DNA from: Felis catus | Taxonomy: Eukaryota | NCBI RefSeq assembly: GCF_018350175.1 | Contig: NC_058383.1 | Coordinates: forward strand, 23,004,001-23,068,000 | Length of the DNA stretch: 64,000 nt | Reading direction: 5' to 3' | In this document: positions 1 to 11,924 of the stretch, one piece after another | Numbering within the stretch: the stretch's first letter is position 1 | Layout: each line of letters begins with the position of its first letter | Program-made: the position numbers and the translations under genes | The notes under the pieces: generated by a model | Databases searched by the model: none | What the model was told of the DNA's origin: nothing | Seen by the model: only the letters and a program-made list of their open reading frames with translations

Positions 1-99
1 ATAAAGGTCTTATCTATCTTTGTCAGATTTATTCCCAAGTATTTGATGGGTTTGGTGCCATTAGTTTTGTTTTTTAGTTCCATTTTCTACTTGTGTGTT

Positions 100-460
100 A
101 CTAGTGTCCAGAAGTCAGTGCAACCACTCAAGGACATCAGTTTCCTGTTTGGCTTCACCATCCTAGCATGTCAGAGTCACACAATGGCTGCTGCCTCCTC
201 AGGTCTGGAATCTACCTTCCTGGGAGGAAGAAGAAGCAAGTGACAAGATGGAAGGGATAGCACCTAGATCAGGAAAGAAAAATATTCCCAGAAATCTCTA
301 CAGTCTTCTGTTTCATTTCAGTCATCAGAACTGGGTCTAGTTACTCCTAGATGCTGGGGAGGTGAAGATGGAATTTTTAAGCTGGGTAGATTGCTGCTCC
401 AAACAAAATCTGAGTTCTATTGGTAAATCCTAGAGGAGAATAGTAGGTGGGAAGCTAGCA
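100..460 (-). mobile_element. Old MaLR LTR fragment (MLT1J/K-like)
   Basis: cacaatggctgctgcc...ttcccagaaatc...cagaactggg motifs typical of old MLT1 LTRs. Confidence 0.5.
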
Positions 461-1181
461 GTGACAGCCACAGTGTAGAAAAGGATTTAGTACTTTCATA
501 AGACCACGTACTCCTTGAACCCTCTCACTATGGTTTTTCTAAACAGTTTTTATTTAATTTAGTGTTTTATGTTATTTTGGCTATGTAAATATTATTCCAC
601 ACTGATCTGTGAGGTGTGCTATGATTGAATTTCCTCTCTTGGTCAACTTTTGTGTTTTTCTTGGAGTTATTGTGGTTTCTTGTTTTTGTTTGCTTAGTTT
701 TCTATGTCACTGTCTCTAACTCTTCCTAAACTTTCCAACAGAATTGCAAAACCTCACTAAAAAAAGAATTTTTTTTCATGCAGTCAGACACATGGTTTCC
801 CTTTTTTTCACCCTTAGATACTTCTTTCCTGGAGACTTTTTGTAATCTTACTCAGTCTGAACTAGGATTTTTTTTCTCTAAGCATTCTGAAATTTTTTTT
901 AGTCTCTCCCTGTGTCCCTGTTGTCTCTAGTTCTTATGGTTTAATCCTTCATTTTGGTTGATTATATTTTCCAGTAGCCTCCTGACAAAGCAGCCATAGG
1001 AAGTACATTTTTTCAGGCATTGGGTGAAAACACCTTTATTCCCTCCTTGCACTTGATTGATACAATTTTTATGGGAAAGAATTCTAGATTGATAATAATG
1101 ACCCCTCATTAGTGCGAAGGCATCACTTTATCATGTTTAGCTTCTTGTGCTGCTTTTGAAAGTCTAATTAAAGATTCTGAT

Positions 1182-1182
1182 T

Positions 1183-1230
<48 letters not shown>
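1182..1230. repeat. (TTTC)n microsatellite
   Basis: Direct reading. Confidence 0.95.
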
Positions 1231-1232
<2 letters not shown>

Positions 1233-2360
1233 TCTCTCTTGGTGACACTGTAGCCTTTTCCCTCTATGAAAGTTTTTAAGATATTTTTGTTCTTGGCATT
1301 CTAAAATTTCCCAATTATATGCCCTGGTAAGGATTTTTTCAAATACATTGTGCTGGGTATTTTTAATCTAGATGCTTATGTTCTTCAGTCCTGGACATTG
1401 TTTTCTATTACTTCCTGGTGGAAAATACTGTCTCTTTCTAGAAGTCCTGCCCAGTTGATTATTGAACTACAGTGAATTATGTCTCTAATTTCATTAGCTT
1501 TTTAAAAATTCTGCTTTTTAGGAGATTTCTGCAACTTTATCTTCCAACTCTTTTGTTCAATTTTAAATTTCTTCTATTGCAACTTTAATTTCCAAAAGCC
1601 ATTTTTTTAAATAATGTCATTGTTTTATAGATACAATATCTTTTCAAACATGCTAAGTATAATTTTAAATAAGTAAATTTTCTTCAGCTCTCTGCTTTGT
1701 CTCAATGTCCTTCAAGTTTCTTCTTCTTCTTTATTTATTTATTTATTTATTTGCTTGTTTTGCCTGTCTTTCAAAATTAAGGGGTTTCCTTAAACATCTG
1801 AGGATTTTGAGCTGACTATTCATCTTTAACAGTGAGGTATTAAAAAATTGTGGATGTGACTTTTTAACTCAGAAGGCTCCAATGTAAGGTGTTCAGAGGA
1901 GTTCAGCCATTTGTGTCAGAATCCAAATGTCACTGTCTTTTATCAAGCCCTGTCTATTTCTCTAGAAAAGAATGCCAATTTCCTGCCAACTGTCATCTGC
2001 ATCAGTCTGGGACCAAATGACAGACATGGGCTGGGTTGGAGATGGTGCCTCAGTCTTTAGGTGGTAATCTTTTACTTGGTTACCAAGGTTTCAGAAAAGT
2101 TCAGAATAGCTGAACAATGCCGGGGTTAGGGGTACCAGACTCCACACAGTTGAAAATCTGCATACAACTTTTGGTTCCCCAAAAATGTAACTACAAATAC
2201 TCTACTGTTGACTGGAAATCTTACCAATAATAAAAGCAGTTGATTTACACACATATATATTGTATGTTATACGTATTATATACCAATATATAATTTGTAT
2301 ATATAATATACAATAAAGTAAACTAGACAAAAAATATTATTAAGAAAATCATAAGAGGAT

Positions 2361-2594
2361 GGGGCGCCTGGGTGGCTCAGTCGGTTAAGCATCCGACTTC
2401 AGCTCAAGTCATGATCTCACGGTTCGTGGGTTTGAGCCCCGCGTGGGGCTCTGTGCTGACAGCTCGGAGCCTGGAGCCTGCTTAGGATTCTGTGTCTCCC
2501 TCTCTCTTTCTCTCTCTCTCTCTCTCTTCCTCCCCCACTCAAGCTCTGTTTCTCTCTGTCTCTCAAAAAGTAAATGAACATTTAAAAAATTTTA
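2361..2594 (+). mobile_element. CAN-SINE (SINEC_Fc type)
   Basis: ggggcgcctgggtggctcagtcggttaag head, (CT)n, A-rich tail, TSD aagaaa(a/c)tcataagagga. Confidence 0.95.
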
Positions 2595-2613
2595 AAGAAA
2601 CTCATAAGAGGAT

Positions 2614-2820
2614 GGGGCACCTGGGTGGCTCAGTCGGTTAAGCATCAAACTTCAGCTCAGGTCATGATCTCATGGTTTGTGGGTTTGAGCTCTGCATTGG
2701 GCTCTGTGCTGACAACTGGATCCTGCTACAGATTCTGTGTCTCCCTCTCTCTCTGCCCCTCCCTCGCTTGTGCTCTGTCTCTCTTTGTCTTTCAAAAATA
2801 AATAAAAGTTAAAAAAATAA
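2614..2820 (+). mobile_element. CAN-SINE, tandem with previous copy
   Basis: Same head and tail structure; flanked by the same TSD sequence. Confidence 0.95.
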
Positions 2821-3014
2821 AAGAAAATCATTAAGAGGAAATACATTTTATAGTACTGCGCTGCATTTATGGGAAAAAATCCACATATAAGGGGACCCAA
2901 ATAATTCAACTCCATGTTTTTCAAGGTCAACTGTTAGACTTTCAAGTGGGTTCCCTATGTTGAGCCCCATGCCTTACCCCATCTTTTGCTGAAGCTGAAG
3001 CCTCTAATTTCTGA

Positions 3015-3390
3015 GTATATTAGCTTTCTGGAGCTGCCATGACAAACTAACATAGACTGCAGTTTAAACAACAGAAATGTGTTTTCTCATGGTTTTGGAG
3101 ACTCAAACTCCAAGATCAAAATGTTGGCAGGATTAGTTTGTTCTGAACCCTCTCTCCTTGAGTGTAAATACTTATCTTTTCTCTATATCCCCCCCCCCCC
3201 CCCCCCCCCGGTCTCCCTCTTCTTTGTATAAGGACATCAACCTTTTGGATTAGGGCCCACTGTAAATAACTTAATTTGAACTGAATCACCTCTGTAAAGA
3301 CTACCTCCAAATACAGTCACATTCTGAAGTTCTGAGGGTTAGAACTTTAACACATGAATTCTGTGGGGGGACAGAATCCAGCCCATAACC
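3015..3390 (-). mobile_element. MaLR solo LTR (MLT1A/B/C-like), containing a C21 run at 3189-3209
   Basis: aaacaacagaaatgtgttttctca...tggattagggccca...ctccaaatacagtcacattctga...cagcccataac. Confidence 0.8.
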
Positions 3391-3993
3391 CTCACATATT
3401 CAAGATGCCACTGATTGGTTCTCTTGTTATTTTCTTTCTCTCTGCAAGTATTTTATATTATATTTCTCAGTTCTGTTAATATCTTTACCTGATCCCCAGA
3501 TTTTGAAACTTCCTGACGTCTCTCTGCTGGATTATCTGTTATTAATTTGACAGCCTTACCTCCCTCTTCTGCATCACAGGGGGGAAGCCTAGAATTGCAC
3601 TTCGAGGAACCTCTTTCTTAGTGTTTGCTAATGTGAGATACTTGTAAAGAATTTGGAAGATAAAAGAGACCTTTTTATTTTTTGTTTTCAGTTGTGGGCA
3701 GACAGAGGAGCAAACAGTGGGACCTGAAGTTCTCACTAGCTTCCCAGCAAGCTACTAAAGTCACTTCTTTTAGTGCTGTGGGTAGTTGAGAAGACATTGG
3801 GTCCTCCCAGAGCTCTCAAGCAGCGCTGGGATTTAGGGTGAGAGGTAAGTAAGGCAGGGTCTTCCAAGGGTAGCATCAGGGTCTGTTTTTATTTAAAATT
3901 TTGACCTTTTGTTCATCATGGATTTTTTTCCTTAATTTTGTTTTTTTTTCTCTAAATTTTGCATTAAAATGTTCTTTATTTGCAGAAGTAAAT

Positions 3994-4498
3994 TGTGATG
4001 GTTTATTTATGCATCAGCTTGACTGGGATCAGGGATGCCCAGGTAGCTGGTAAAACGTTATTTCCGGATGTGTCTGTGAGGGTGTTTCTGGAAGAGATTT
4101 GAATTGGTGCACTACCTAAAGAAGACGGCACTCACTAAGGCAGGTGGGCACCATCCAATCCACTGAGGGCCTGAATAGAACAAAAATGCAGAGGAAGGGT
4201 AAATTCTATTTTTTTTACCTGAGCTGGGACATTCCTCTTCTCCTGGTCCCAGACATTGGCACCTTTGGTTGTTAATCCCGTTGGCTTTACGATTCTGAGG
4301 GCTTTGGACTCAATTATACCACCAGCTTTCCTGATTCTCTAGCTTCCAGACAGCAGATGGCAGGACTTCTCAGCCTACATAACCATATGAGCCAATTCCT
4401 AGAATAAATCAATAGATAGATAGATAGATAGATAGACAGATAGATAGATAGATATACAGGTATATATGTTGGTCTGTTTCTCTACAGAACCTAATACA
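3994..4498 (+). mobile_element. ERVL solo LTR (MLT2-like) with (GATA)n at ~4413-4453
   Basis: tgtgatggtt...cttgactggg...tgagggtgtttctggaagagatt...tctgtttctct...ctaataca; TG..CA ends. Confidence 0.85.
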
Positions 4499-5029
4499 TA
4501 GTGTTTTGGTGCTCTCTTCAAGTTTGTGTCCAAGACGATTGCCTCTCTCGCCTGACCCTACACCTGGTCTTTTCTTTGGGAATGCACAGAGCTTCTAGGT
4601 CAGTCCTGGGATTCACTCACTTTGGTGCTGCAGGCTAAGATTGATGACAGTGGCTTGCTTACCCTGCATTCCTCAGCTTTCCAATGATGGAGTAAGCCTC
4701 AAAATCCCCCTTCCTTCTCAAAATTCATAAAGTGGCTTCTGTTCTTCTGATGGAAACTTGATTCATGCAATCTTTCATCAACTGTATTCTCTCTGATCTC
4801 TCTTTTGTGGATTTTACTCTCATGTCAGTAATGTTTCAGTAGGGAGCAGAGGAAAATTTATATGTTTAATCTGCACATTTTTCTAGAAATCCATCTATCC
4901 TCAAATTCCCAATCTCCTGAATCATGTGAACAATTACTTATCACCCGTTGCATCATAGCAAATTGTCACTGATAGCACCTTCTCCATTTTTGTGAGAATT
5001 TAAATCTACAGAGTTCCTCCTCCTTCTCA

Positions 5030-5475
5030 TGGCCACAAGGTCCTACCTTATCTGACCTCTTGCCCATCCCCTCCAACTCATCTTTGGCCAGTTTCTGCTT
5101 TGTTTGATTTGTTGCAGCCACCCTGACCTCCTGCTCTTCCTCAAACACGCCAAGCGCATCCTTAGTTCGGGGTTTTTGCACTACCTCCTCCCTCCATCTG
5201 GAATGGTCTTCCCTAGATTTTCCATAGCCTCTGTCCCCTTGCTTCATTCAGTTCTCTGTTCAAATGTCCCTCTTGGGAAAGGCCTCCCCTTCTTCCTTAT
5301 CTCCTTACTAGGTCTTAGTTTTCCTTCAAAGCAATTGTTGGTAGTTGAAATTATATATTTGTTCATTTGCTTATTTTCCTTCTGGAATGGAAAACACTTT
5401 GTATTTTGACTGTTGCATCCCCAGAATCTTGAACAGGTGCCTACCACATAGTGAGCTCTCCAATATAACTTGAGT
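5030..5475 (+). mobile_element. L2 LINE 3' fragment
   Basis: ccctccatctggaatggtcttccc...ccccagaatcttgaacaggtgcctaccacatagtgagctc resembles the L2 3' end. Confidence 0.65.
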
Positions 5476-5934
5476 GTTTACACTGGAATGATCTCACAAT
5501 CCTCTGATTTTGGCAAACAAGTTAGAGGTTTTCTTTTTTACTTTTCCAGGGCATTCTGGTGTCATTCAGGCAGTCTACAACTACCCCCAAGGCCTCCATT
5601 CCACTGTCCATTCCTGACTCCGGTCTGTGATGGTCTTACCGTTTCCCAGGAGGACTTCTGGCATCTGTCCTACGTCACATGAGGGAGGGTCAGACTCCCC
5701 CTCCATTCTGACATGCTTGATCTCAGAGACCTGGAAGCCGAGAGCCCCGGTGGGAGCCCTCTGTACCAAACAAGCGCATCAGTGGCTGCTCAAGATGTCC
5801 AGAGGTAATCTCTCTCACAAAGGGATTCTTATTTCCTCTACTATTCTCAAGTCTTCCTTACAAAAAATATTGATTATTCAACATTACTTTTTTACATCTA
5901 CCCCCCCTTTTTAACTTAACTGCATTTTAATACA

Positions 5935-7165
5935 CTTTTTTTTTACATTGGAATAATTTAACATGTCCAGAGTACAGAGTTCCTATATAAAATTACCCAG
6001 TGCCCCCCCCAACAAGGTGAACATCTCCATGTAGCCATGATACATTTGTTAAGAAGTTAGCTATGCTAACTTCTATACTAGCATAGTATAGTATAGTATA
6101 GTTAGCATAGTATAACTTCTATACTAAGAAGTTAGTATAGCTCAAGTCCAGGTTTTATTTGTATTCCATCAGGCTTTCCATGAAAACCCTTTTCATATTG
6201 CAGGATCTAATCTGGGTACCTCACTACATTTAGGCATTGTATCTTCTTAAAGTCCTTTGGTCTTTTACAGCCTTTGATTTTACTGATCTTGACATTTTTG
6301 AAGAGTACTGGTCAGTGGTTTTGTAGATGTCTCTAAATTTGGATCTATATGAAGTATTTCCTTATGATTAGACCAGAGTTAGTTTTTGGTGAAGAATACC
6401 ATAGAGGTGAAGTGCCTTCTTCATCACACTGTACTAGGGTTTGATGTTAAACTTTATGTGTCAAATTGTTAGGGTCATGGGACACGCAAATATTTGGTCA
6501 AACTGTATTCTGGGTGTTTTTGGATGAAGGTAACATTTAAATTGTTAGCCTGAGTGAAGCAGATTATTCTTCCTGATTTGGATGGGCCACATTCAATCAG
6601 TTGAAGGCCCAAATAAAACACAAAGGTCAACCTTCCCTCAATTAAGGGGAATTCCTCCTGTCTGACTGTATGAGCTGGGATGTTGTTGTTGTTGTTGTTT
6701 TTCCCCTGCCTTTGGACTTGAGCAAAAGCATTGGCTTTTCTTGCTGGCCTTTGGTTGGAAGTAGACCATTGGTTCTCTTGGGTTTCTAGCTTGATGACTA
6801 CAAATCTTGGGACTTGTTAAACCTCCATAATCATGTGAGCCAATTACTTATAATAAATCTCTCCTTCTGTCTTTTGTTTCCCACAATCTCTGCTCCATCC
6901 TGTCTCTTGTTCTCTCTCTATATATATTAATGTATGTATATACACACACATGTCCTATCAGTTATGTTTCTCTGGAGAACCCTGATTACCACAAGGGGTT
7001 GCTTAATATCAACATGACTTATCCCTGAGTGATGTTAACTTTGATCAAGGTTAACCTTGGTTAAGGTAGTGGCTGCCAGCTCTCTGCACTCCAAAGTTGC
7101 TAATTTTCCCTTTCCACAATTTTTCATTGGAAATGAGTCACTAAGTCAAGCCCACATTCAAGGAA
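5935..7165 (-). mobile_element. Old L1 (L1MC/MD-like) 3' region interrupted by an MLT2 LTR
   Basis: gatcttgacatttttgaagagtactggtcag...ttttgtag; continues after the LTR with gatgttaactttgatca...ttggttaaggtagtg. Confidence 0.7.
6441..6993 (+). mobile_element. ERVL solo LTR (MLT2-like)
   Basis: ttttatgtgtcaa-like start...atttggtcaaac...caatcagttgaaggcc...tgtttctctggagaaccctga. Confidence 0.85.
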
Positions 7166-7254
7166 TAAATATATTTTTAAATTTCATATCACTGTAGCAA
7201 GAAGATAATCAGTGTTGCCATAAATAGAGGGCGAATATAAAAATGAAGAGAGGA

Positions 7255-7473
7255 GGGGCGCCTGGGTGGCACAGTCGGTTAAGCGTCCGACTTCAGCCAG
7301 GTCACGATCTCGCGGTTCGTGAGTTCGAGCCCCACGTCAGGCTCTGGGCTGATGGCTCAGAGCCTGGAGCCTGTTTCCGATTCTGTGTCTCCCTCTCTCT
7401 CTGCCCCTCCCCCGTTCATGCTCTGTCTCTCTCTGTCCCAAAAATAAATAAACGTTGAAAAAAAAATTAAAAA
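7255..7473 (+). mobile_element. Young CAN-SINE (SINEC_Fc)
   Basis: Near-consensus, CpG-rich; perfect 16-bp TSD aaaaatgaagagagga at 7239-7254 and 7474-7489. Confidence 0.97.
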
Positions 7474-7529
7474 AAAAATGAAGAGAGGAAAACAAAACAA
7501 TCTAATTAAAATCTATCCAGATAGCTTGT

Positions 7530-8040
7530 TTGGTTACCCAACTATAAATAACAAATTACCCCACAACCTAATGGGTTAAAACAACACAATAATTTATTTT
7601 GTCCATGAGTCTGTAACCTGGGCAGGGCTTGGAAGGGAAGACTTGTCTCTGCTGTACAGGCATCACTGGGTGGATTACCCACTTCCGGGATTGCTCACTT
7701 GCACGGCTGGCAGGTTGGTGCTGGTTTTCAGCTGGAGCTCAGCCAGGGCCTGGAGCTCAGGACTTTGGGCTTGGTTCCACGTGGGCCTCTCAGTGTGGCC
7801 TGGGCTTCCTCATGGCATGGGTTCCAACAGTGAATATCCTAAGAAAGAACCAGAGAGACAAAATGTATATTGTGCTTTATGATCTGGCCTCAGAAGTCAT
7901 ATAGTGTCATTGTTGAATTCTGCTAGTCAAGAGAGTCATAAATGCCCACCAAGTTTCCAAAGGGAGTGGGGCATAGATTCTACCTCTCACCGGGGAGTGG
8001 CAAGGTTCCCAAAGATCACGTGGGATGTAAACTACAAAGT
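7530..8040 (-). mobile_element. MaLR LTR (MLT1G/H/I-like)
   Basis: aacaaattacccc...ttaaaacaaca...ggctggcaggttggtgctgg...ggcctcagaagtcatatagtgtca. Confidence 0.7.
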
Positions 8041-8114
8041 ATTCCAACAGTGTTGCCTACTTAAGGCTCTGGACTAGAGTCCTGTTCCATTGGTGTTTAA
8101 AAAGAGAGAGGGGT

Positions 8115-8349
8115 GGGGCGCCTGGGTGGCTCAGTCGGTTAAGTGTCTGACTTCAGCTCAGGTCATGATCTCGCACTCCGTGAGTTCAAGCCCCGCATCG
8201 GGCTCTGTGCTGACAGCTCAGAGCCTGGAGCCTGTTTCAGATTCTGTGTCTCCCTCTCTCTCTGACCTTCCCCTGTTCATGCTCTGACTCTCTCTGTCTC
8301 AAAAATAAATAAATGTTAAAAAATTTTTTTTAAATATTTAAAAAAAAAT
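8115..8349 (+). mobile_element. CAN-SINE inserted at the head of an older, 3'-truncated SINE (8361-~8447)
   Basis: TSD aaaaagagagaggggt at 8099-8114 and 8350-8365. Confidence 0.93.
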
Positions 8350-8959
8350 AAAAAGAGAGAGGGGTGCCTGGGTGGCTCAGTCGATTAAGAGTTTGACTTC
8401 AGCTCAGGTCATGATCTCATGGTTCATGGGTTTGAGACTCACCGCATCATTGCACATGTGTTTCTGTCTCCTTGGGGTTCCCTTACTCCCTTCTCTGCCT
8501 AGAAAATTCATTTTCACTTCTTTCAAACCCAGCTCATTCTCTGAGGCAATAATAATAACATCCTCTTTGTTCTAGCCCTTATGTATCCCTTGCATTACAA
8601 TTTCTCTGAGACTTGTTCGGCTTTCCACGTTCACTCACTATATTTTGAATCCCTAAAGCATAAGAACCACATGTAATTTATAATTATAAATTTTTGTCCA
8701 TTTTACCTCTTCTTGTAACACCCTACCCCCACTATATTTCCTATCTGGCCAACTCCTATTCATCCTTAAAAACCCAGTCTGGCTAACACTTTCTAAATGA
8801 AGTGCTTGTTATCTCCTCCCAACTGAATTACTGATTTCATCTTCTGTAATCTCACAGGATCTCATTTGCATCTCTAGGACAATCAATGTCTGGGTGTTAG
8901 AATGCAATTCTTTAGATGGATGCCAATCATTCAGGGCTGGGAATAAGTTAAATCATCCT

Positions 8960-9430
8960 TGTCCTAGACCAGTTCCCCAGCACCAGACCCTGAGATGAGA
9001 ATTTGTGTGAAGTGATTTATTCAGGAAGACCTCTTAGAAAAAACTTGTTAAGAGGTGAGGGGAACAGGTCATGGAAAAGGAAGAAGTCAAGGAAGGATGG
9101 GATCAGGGGAAAGGTCTCAGGAAGAGTATCTTTAGTCTAATCCTGGAGGGAGTTCTGGAATGTTCCACCTCATGACTTGTCATGACTGGAGGCAGGGAAG
9201 CTAGCTTCCACACTCCCGCACTGTCATTGGCTGAGGGCCATTCCAGAAAACATAAACCCTAGGCACTTCCAGGTTTCTGTGTAAGCAGACAACCCAGTGG
9301 TAGTAGCCTAAAAGCAGGTGCCAGAAGACAATCACAAGTGCAGCCATTTGTAGTAAAGTACACAGCTGGGGATGGGCACACAGAAAAGGCAAAAGGATCC
9401 CACAGGTTCCAGGTAGGGCACCAGCTACAA
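8960..9430 (-). mobile_element. ERVL LTR (LTR16-like)
   Basis: gttccccag...cagaccctgagatgagaatttgtgtgaagtgatttatt...; similar to the 16167-16690 copy. Confidence 0.55.
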
Positions 9431-9599
9431 TCTTGGATCTTAGTGAATGTCCTTGGAGACAAGAAATGGGTAGGGAGCAGGGGAGGCCATCACCACACCA
9501 ATGATGACAGAGTCACAAATTGAGGAATATATTTAACTTGCCTCCATGGCCCTGAGCTAAAATGAAAGTAAAACCATGAGATAATTTTTTGTAAGGTTT

Positions 9600-10000
9600 T
9601 GCTAGTAAACTGGAAAACATGGGTGATTTTCTAAAAGATAAAATGACTGAAATTAATTCAAGAGGAGAAAGAAAATTTAGACAGGCCAATATTCATGGAT
9701 GAAAATTACAAAATATTTCAAAGAACTGCCTGCTCTACCAGAACTAGAGAGTAAATTAGGTGAATTTTATAATCCTTTGAAAACACATCCTTTGAAAACA
9801 GGTCCAGACCTAAAGAAATAGGGACACTTCACAATTGTGTTTAAAGAGCTGGTAAAACGGAAACCTGACAAGGATACTGAGCGCACACACATGGCCTTCA
9901 GGCTGGCTTTCTTATAAAAATAGATATAAAATTCTGTATGAAATGTTATCAAGCAGACAAAGCAATACACTTGATGTTACCAGTATGGTGCACCACAGGA
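9600..10000 (+). mobile_element. Old L1M ORF2 remnant (continues after 11925)
   Basis: aaactggaaaacatgggtgattttcta...gaaaatttagacaggccaata, a decayed L1 ORF2 pattern. Confidence 0.55.
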
Positions 10001-10004
10001 ATAG

Positions 10005-10544
10005 GTTACAGCGGACATTTGTCATTTCGGGCTGCCTGGCATTCAGTGGTGCTCCTTTTGGAGGGAATCTCAAGATAGAGGGGAGGCAGGTCAGTCTCCC
10101 ATGAGGGAAGCTATAGGGCATTATGGTCCTTTCCCTATGTCTCAGCAGCTCATGACCAGAACTAGGATCTAGCCCAATCAGTGGATGCTTCCACTTTGGG
10201 CTTAGGATTTTGAAGCCGTGATAGCAAAAGTTCAAGGACAATCAGATATTATTCAAGATTATTCAGAGTGGCTGTGGCAGAACCAAGAGTCCAGAGTGTG
10301 GCTGCCACTGTCAAATGGTGGTACCAGTCTTGGTGGCAGTAGAATGTTCAGCATCATCTTAGGTAGCATTTTCTGGAGCAGGTCTCTGGCTACAACGTAC
10401 TTTCTTCTTTGATTTCCCAGTCTGATTCTGAAGCTTTTCTGAGTGTTCTGTGAGTTGCTTTATAGCCACCCTTCCAAGAAACTCTTTTCTGCTTAAATTA
10501 GCTAAAAGTAGTTTATGTTATTCGTTACCAAAAACCTATGATGG
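10005..10544 (+). mobile_element. ERVL LTR (LTR33-like); last bases displaced to 11864-11884 by the young L1
   Basis: 3' end cttttctgcttaaattagctaaaagtagtttatgttattcgttaccaaaaacctatgatgg...ataca resembles ERVL LTR termini. Confidence 0.6.
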
Positions 10545-10546
10545 GT

Positions 10547-11685
10547 AACCATCAAAACCCTAGAGGAGAAAGCAGGAAAAGACCTCTCTGACCTCAGCCG
10601 TAGCAATTTCTTACTTGACACATCCCCAAAGGCAAGGGAATTAAAAGCAAAAATGAACTACTGGGACCTTATGAAGATAAAAAGCTTCTGCACAGCAAAG
10701 GAAACAACCAACAAAACTAAAAGGCAACCAACGGAATGGGAAAAGATATTTGCAAATGACATATCAGACAAAGGGCTAGTATCCAAAATCTATAAAGAGC
10801 TCACCAAACTCCACACCCGAAAAACAAATAACCCAGTGAAGCAATGGGCAGAAAACATGAATAGACACTTCTCTAAAGAAGACATCCGGATGGCCAACAG
10901 GCACATGAAAAGATGCTCAACGTTGCTCCTCATCAGGGAAATACAAATCAAAACCACACTCAGATATCACCTCACGCCAGTCAGAGTGGCCAAAATGAAC
11001 AAATCAGGAGACTATAGATGCTGGAGAGGATGTGGAGAAACGGGAACCCTCTTGCACTGTTGGTGGGAATGCAAATTGGTGCAGCCACTCTGGAAAACAG
11101 TGTGGAGGTTCCTCAAAAAATTAAAAACAGACCTACCCTATGACCCAGCAATAGCACTGCTAGGAATTTACCCAAGGGATACAAGAGTACTGATGCATAG
11201 GGACCCTTGTACCCCAATGTTTATAGCAGCACTCTCAACAATAGCCAAATGATGGAAAGAGCCTAAATGTCCATCAACTGATAAATGGATAAAGAAATTG
11301 TGGTTTATATACACAATGGAGTACTACATGGCAATGAGAAAGAATGAAATAAGGCCCTTTGTAGCAACGTGGATGGAATTGGAGAGTGTGATGCTAAGTG
11401 AAATAAGCCATACAGAGAAAGACAGATACCATATGTTTTCACTCTTATGTGGATCCTGAGAAACTTAACAGAAACCCATGGGGGAGGGGAAGGAAAAAAA
11501 AAGAGGTTAGAGTGGAAGAGAGCCAAAGCATAAGAGATTCTTAAAAACTGAGAACAAACTGAGGGTTGATGGGGGGGTGGGTGATGGGTATTGAGGAGGG
11601 CACCTTTTGGGATGAGCACTGGGTGTTGTACGGAAACCAATTTGACAATAAACTTCATATATTGAAAAAAAATTATTAAAAAAAA
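10547..11685 (+). mobile_element. Young 5'-truncated felid/carnivore L1 (ORF2 C-terminus + 3'UTR + polyA)
   Basis: ORF 10653-11252 is L1 ORF2 C-terminus ([35 protein letters not shown]); premature TGA at 11250-11252; AATAAA 11647-11652; A tail 11665-11685. Confidence 0.97.
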
Positions 11686-11924
11686 GATTAACTTGTGTTA
11701 GGCATCAGTGAAAATTGTGGAACTGGAAAATCTAAATTCCCTCCACAAAACTAACAAAAACTGTCATAGCTTTGTCACAAATCTGCAGAATACTTGAAAG
11801 TTTATAAAATCCAAGCAAACATCTATGAAGAAAAATATGATCAAAAGAAAAAAAACAAAAAACAAAACCTATGATGGATATACAGGTCAAAGGTTAAAAA
11901 AAAAAAACACAGAAACAAAACCAA

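Larger units (their letters stand above)
2111..2933. mobile_element. Tigger2a-like (TcMar-Tigger) non-autonomous DNA transposon interrupted by two SINEs
   Basis: tgaacaatgccggggttagggg...gaaaatctgcatacaactttt start; terminal ...ttcaaggtcaactg inverted-repeat end. Confidence 0.8.

Noticed and set aside
2361..2440. tRNA-like A/B-box sequences
   Set aside because: tRNA-derived heads of CAN-SINEs, not tRNA genes
7243..7458. Recurrent GAPGW...VPKINKR and MAQSVK...SAQVMIS ORFs (also 8090, 17462, 28445, 30527)
   Set aside because: Reading frames of CAN-SINE copies, not a gene family
10653..11252. 199-aa ORF as a host gene or active L1
   Set aside because: 5'-truncated L1 ORF2 C-terminus with a premature TGA; no promoter, ORF1 or RT domain
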